Below, one piece after another: positions 60,321 through 64,000 of a stretch of 64,000 nucleotides of DNA; the stretch's first letter is position 1; the number at the start of each line of letters is the position of its first letter. This DNA comes from Chrysomallon squamiferum. Lineage: Eukaryota > Animalia > Mollusca. The DNA lies in NCBI GenBank assembly GCA_012295275.1, contig CM022676.1, positions 9,548,001 to 9,612,000 of the forward strand, given 5' to 3'. The notes under the pieces were generated by a model that saw only the letters and a program-made list of their open reading frames with translations, made no database searches and was not told the DNA's origin. The translations under genes were made by a program, and so were the position numbers.

Positions 60321-60843
60321 CACTAATTCCTAAAATGCTCAGTAGTTCAATTACTCATTTCCTAACATGCTCACTAGTTCAGTTATTCATTTCCTATCAT
60401 GTTCACTAGTTCAGATACTTAGTTACATCCTAGTTACTTTGCTCACTCCAGTTATTCACTAACATGCTCACAAGCTCATTCACTCACTCCATAACTTACT
60501 AATTCATTAATCTCATTAATTTATTAACTTACTAGCTGCCAACTCACATAATAATTAGTACACATTATCTCAGGATAAATTTTACTTGTTTTTATTTGTT
60601 TAACAGATGAAGTCAGTGAACATGACACCTCACTGCACAATAAAACTGACAAAAACTTGCAGCTGAAATTAGCTCATTGCAGTTATGATATAACTGCCAC
60701 TACAAACATATTTTAACCTTTTGGATTCAATGTCCTTGTATTCTGGTTTGGGTGAGTAAAAAAAATTAACAAGAGTGAGCAACTGTCTGTAGTCTGGGAC
60801 AGACTCCATTTCTGTCTGATGTCAGATGGAGAGACTATCACAG

Positions 60844-61230
60844 GAAGTACATATACTTCATTTCTCAGTAATGTGAAGTATATGTACTTCATATTTTAGT
60901 TTTCTAGTACAGACATGAAGTACATGAACTTCATGTCAGTTTGATAGTACAGATAAGAAGTACATATACTTCATGTAACAGTTTTCTAATATAGACAAGT
61001 ACATACTTCATGTCTGTTTTCTAGTACAGACAAGAAGCAATATACTATCTGTCAGTTTTCTAGTACAGACAAGAAGTACATATACTTCATGTCTGTTTTC
61101 TAGTACAGACATGAAGTACATATACTACAGGTCAGTTTTCTAGTACAGACAAGAAGTACATATACTTCAGGTCAGTTTTCTAGTACAGACAAGAAGTACA
61201 TATACTACATGTCACAATTTTCTAATACAG
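60844..61230. repeat. 40-bp minisatellite (GTCAGTTTTCTAGTACAGACAAGAAGTACATATACTTCAT)
   Basis: Period 40 (e.g. 61051, 61091, 61131, 61171). It begins with an inverted pair at 60844-60890. Confidence 0.93.
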
Positions 61231-62182
61231 AAACTCTGTGTGTTTTTTTTTTTCAGACCCGGATTGTATTTGATCAAAACTGGCAATGTCAGAAATAACT
61301 TACTATAATAACTATTACATTTAAGTAACAATAAAACTGTGACACGAAGCATAATGAGATAGGCTTACTGGAGTGAGGTGTCATTTACCTGCCATTGTAA
61401 ACAGAGATGAGTCACGTCTAATCCCCTGGTCATTGTGTTCATTCAAAAATGGACAAAGTACAAGGTGTTAATATCAGACGCAAGAATACTTTTAATTAAA
61501 GGTAGTAAAACCGTGAACACTAATAAGGTAGAACAGGGTGGGGTTTAACAATACACATACAACCACTTTTAATTAAAGGTAAAAACAGGGTAGGGGGGTT
61601 TAACAATATACATACAAACACTTTTAATTAAATTAAAAATTGGCAAAATTTTTTTAAAATCTTCAGATCTGAAGACCTAAAGTTTTTAGATATTTTTAAA
61701 TTTTATTTTAAGCTTTTATGTTAGTTTTATACCATTACCATTTTTTATTTATTTCTATATGTACAATTTATTTATTCTTTAAAATTATAATTTATATATA
61801 ATGTTCTATGTGGTTTTGTCAAAAATTGAAAGTTTGGATTTATATTTTAGGATTAAAAACTGTTCCTTTTTATGAATTCTTTGTAATGATGACTGTGTAA
61901 TGGATAAATGAATGTTTAATGATTCCTCAGCCACTAAACACAGATAGGCTTTAACTCTCAGACACAGGTTGTAGAAATTATTAGTATAAAATTAAATGTT
62001 AAGATTTCAAAAGTTTTTAAAACACAGCATAAAGAGCTGGGCAAAATGTTAAGTATCATATTTAATTTAAATTTAAAATTTATTAAAGACGTTTTCTTTA
62101 AAAAAATGTTAAAAAAAAAAGATTTGTGTGGAATCTGAACAATTTTACAACATGATATCTGTCATATTTATTCTTTGTTTTA

Positions 62183-62738
62183 CAGTGGAACCTTGGTTTA
62201 TGAACTTAATTTGTTCCAGAACTCAGTTTGTAAACCAAACTGTATGTAAACCAAAGTGATGTCAGACACACAAACACCACTTTCCTGTTTTGCAATTATT
62301 TATTTACTTAATCTCTACTGTGATACTTTTATACTTTCCATCAGCATTATCACTTTGACTTTTTGTTTTACTTGGGCACCATATTGGATAGGGTATAATA
62401 AAAAAATATACACATAAAAGCAGCAACACTTTAAGAAAAGTGAGCAGACAATCTCAATGCAAAAGTTGTGGAGTTGCAACTGCATATCAAAGACTAAAGA
62501 CCCTGATTCATGATATATATTTGCTATAGGGCATTGCCAATAATCCTTACTGTGAACTCAGTTTTGATGTAAACTATTCTTATCTTTACCTGATGTCAAA
62601 AGAAAGCTTGTCATGGTGTATTGCTGTAGTTTGTAACTCAGGACATTATTCGTAAACTGAGACAAAACTTGCCCTAGATCACGGTTCATAATCTGATTTG
62701 TTCATTATTTCGAGGAATCGTAATCTGAGGTTCCACTG
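62183..62738 (-). mobile_element. Non-autonomous pogo/Tigger-type (Tc1/mariner superfamily) DNA transposon
   Basis: TIRs CAGTGGAACCT...AGGTTCCACTG flanked by TA on both sides (62181-82, 62739-40). A decayed transposase N-terminus is on - (ATG GTG CCC AAG ... IIAKQESGVCVSD, CENP-B-type HTH start). Confidence 0.88.
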
Positions 62739-63097
62739 TATCTGCAAAATGACTGTATTTAACCAAAAACTGGTGAACTGTCAAAGTACGCTGACAAGTG
62801 CTCACAATGGGCTGTAAGGTCTTTAATTAATGGGTCAAATGTGTTTGACCAATGTGAACACAACACAAGGCTATCTGTCTATCTCAACCTTACTGCACTG
62901 CCTGTAGGAGGACTGCCAGTCTCTCAGGACTGGCTCAAAAAAAGAATAAAGCTTGTTCACGACTGCACCATTCCACTTATTCTCCCAAGTGGAAACGAGA
63001 AGTTTCAAAATCAGTACAGGGTACAATGGACCTTAACACATGACAAATCCTAAGCAGACTTTGCAGTAGTGTCTACTTTTTCATTTTCCCCTTATAC

Positions 63098-63700
63098 CAG
63101 TGGTTCTCAAACTTTTTGAAGTCAGGGCACACTTGAAGCCTTACAAAAAACTGCAGGGCAAACTACACACAAAATGCTAAGAAATATAATGCAAAATGTA
63201 ATAAAAAAAAAAAAAACAGAAATAACTGAAATAAGGGTTTATATGCCTTTAAACATCATCTATTCCGTGCACATTTGATTTTGTGTTTTTAGAAATTTAT
63301 CCATTTTGTACGGGTGTATTATTGTAATATTTAATCTGATATCAAAATTCCATAAAGTATTAAAAGTTTTAGATGGGTAGTGACTGTGACAGTGATAGGA
63401 ATATGTGTCACAAGAAAACTCTGGCTATTTATCACACATGCACACTGTATGACTCATACTGTCACTGATAAACTATTGCGCAGTCTTCAGCAGCCACGCT
63501 TGCTCATGAGCCAAAACTCGTTTCGAACCTGTTTACAACGTGTATAAAATCTTCTTCTGGGAAACCAGCTATTTCTTACTGGGTATCTTTCCGTTCTTAA
63601 CATAATCAATTTTTTATCATCACAAATATCTACCCAGATCCTAGAATTTCGTGGGACATGCCTAAGCATGTCTCCATGACACACCCTTTGAGAACCACAG
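63098..63700. mobile_element. Non-autonomous hAT (Charlie-like) DNA transposon
   Basis: TIRs CAGTGGTTCTCAAA...TTTGAGAACCACAG with a perfect 8-bp TSD CCTTATAC at 63090-63097 and 63701-63708 (central TA). Confidence 0.92.
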
Positions 63701-63952
63701 CCTTATACCAACATGACTGGGTACCCAACAAATAATAATGTATGTATTAGCAGTATTTAAAAACACACATTTCTTTATTTCCATCCCAATTAAAGGACGT
63801 TCCAACTTCACATGTTGTAAAGCTAGGAGACACAAAAGTGGATCTGTACAAATAATATATTTGGATAATGATAGGTTTTTTTTTAGTTTTTTTATTTGTT
63901 CCAGGGTTCAGACTTTGGCTGTGAGTAATGAATGAAAGAAAAAAAGTGATAC

Positions 63953-64000
63953 CTGAGTGAGACATCTTGAATGATCAACTTCGTCATAGAAAATAATATC
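63953..64000 (-). CDS. SNAPC2: SNAPC2-like upstream exon, partial (continues beyond the window)
   Basis: Open frame DIIFYDEVDHSRCLTQ ends at CAG|GTATCA, phase 0. Joined to the next exon it gives CLTQ-VLELAG, resembling AFSQ-VLTIAA. Confidence 0.6.

Noticed and set aside
59981-61230. 39- and 40-bp repeats as a CRISPR-like array
   Set aside because: The units are head-to-tail with no unique spacers, lie in a eukaryotic intron, and have no cas genes nearby.

Overview
Eukaryotic, AT-rich, microsatellite-saturated genomic DNA. It looks like an invertebrate, possibly a mollusc, but that is only an inference from sequence character. Almost all ORFs in the supplied track are simple-repeat artefacts. 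Two real protein-coding genes lie tail-to-tail. (1) LRRC58 on + has 3 coding exons (47082-47545, 48411-48815, 49758-49954). Exon 2 carries one extra base at CTT-CCA-TAA (48565-48573), so the conserved C-terminal half is in the +1 frame. This is an assembly indel, a null allele or a recoding site. (2) A SNAPC2/SNAP45-like gene on - has exons >64000-63953, 59848-59716, 59207-59037 and 58261-57624. It shows repeated local duplications, including decayed copies of its C-terminal motif in the 3'UTR. The first 47 kb has no recognisable CDS. It consists of CpG-rich islets dense in CRE/ATF, CARE, CLEAR/E-box, NRF1 and nuclear-receptor motifs, plus a well-formed minus-strand core promoter and first exon at about 18.6-18.8 kb belonging to a gene not identifiable in the window. 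It also holds a 2.1-kb (TTC)n tract and a perfect 102-bp palindrome. After about 50 kb CpG nearly disappears, and two non-autonomous DNA transposons (pogo/Tigger-type and hAT-type) with intact ends are present.
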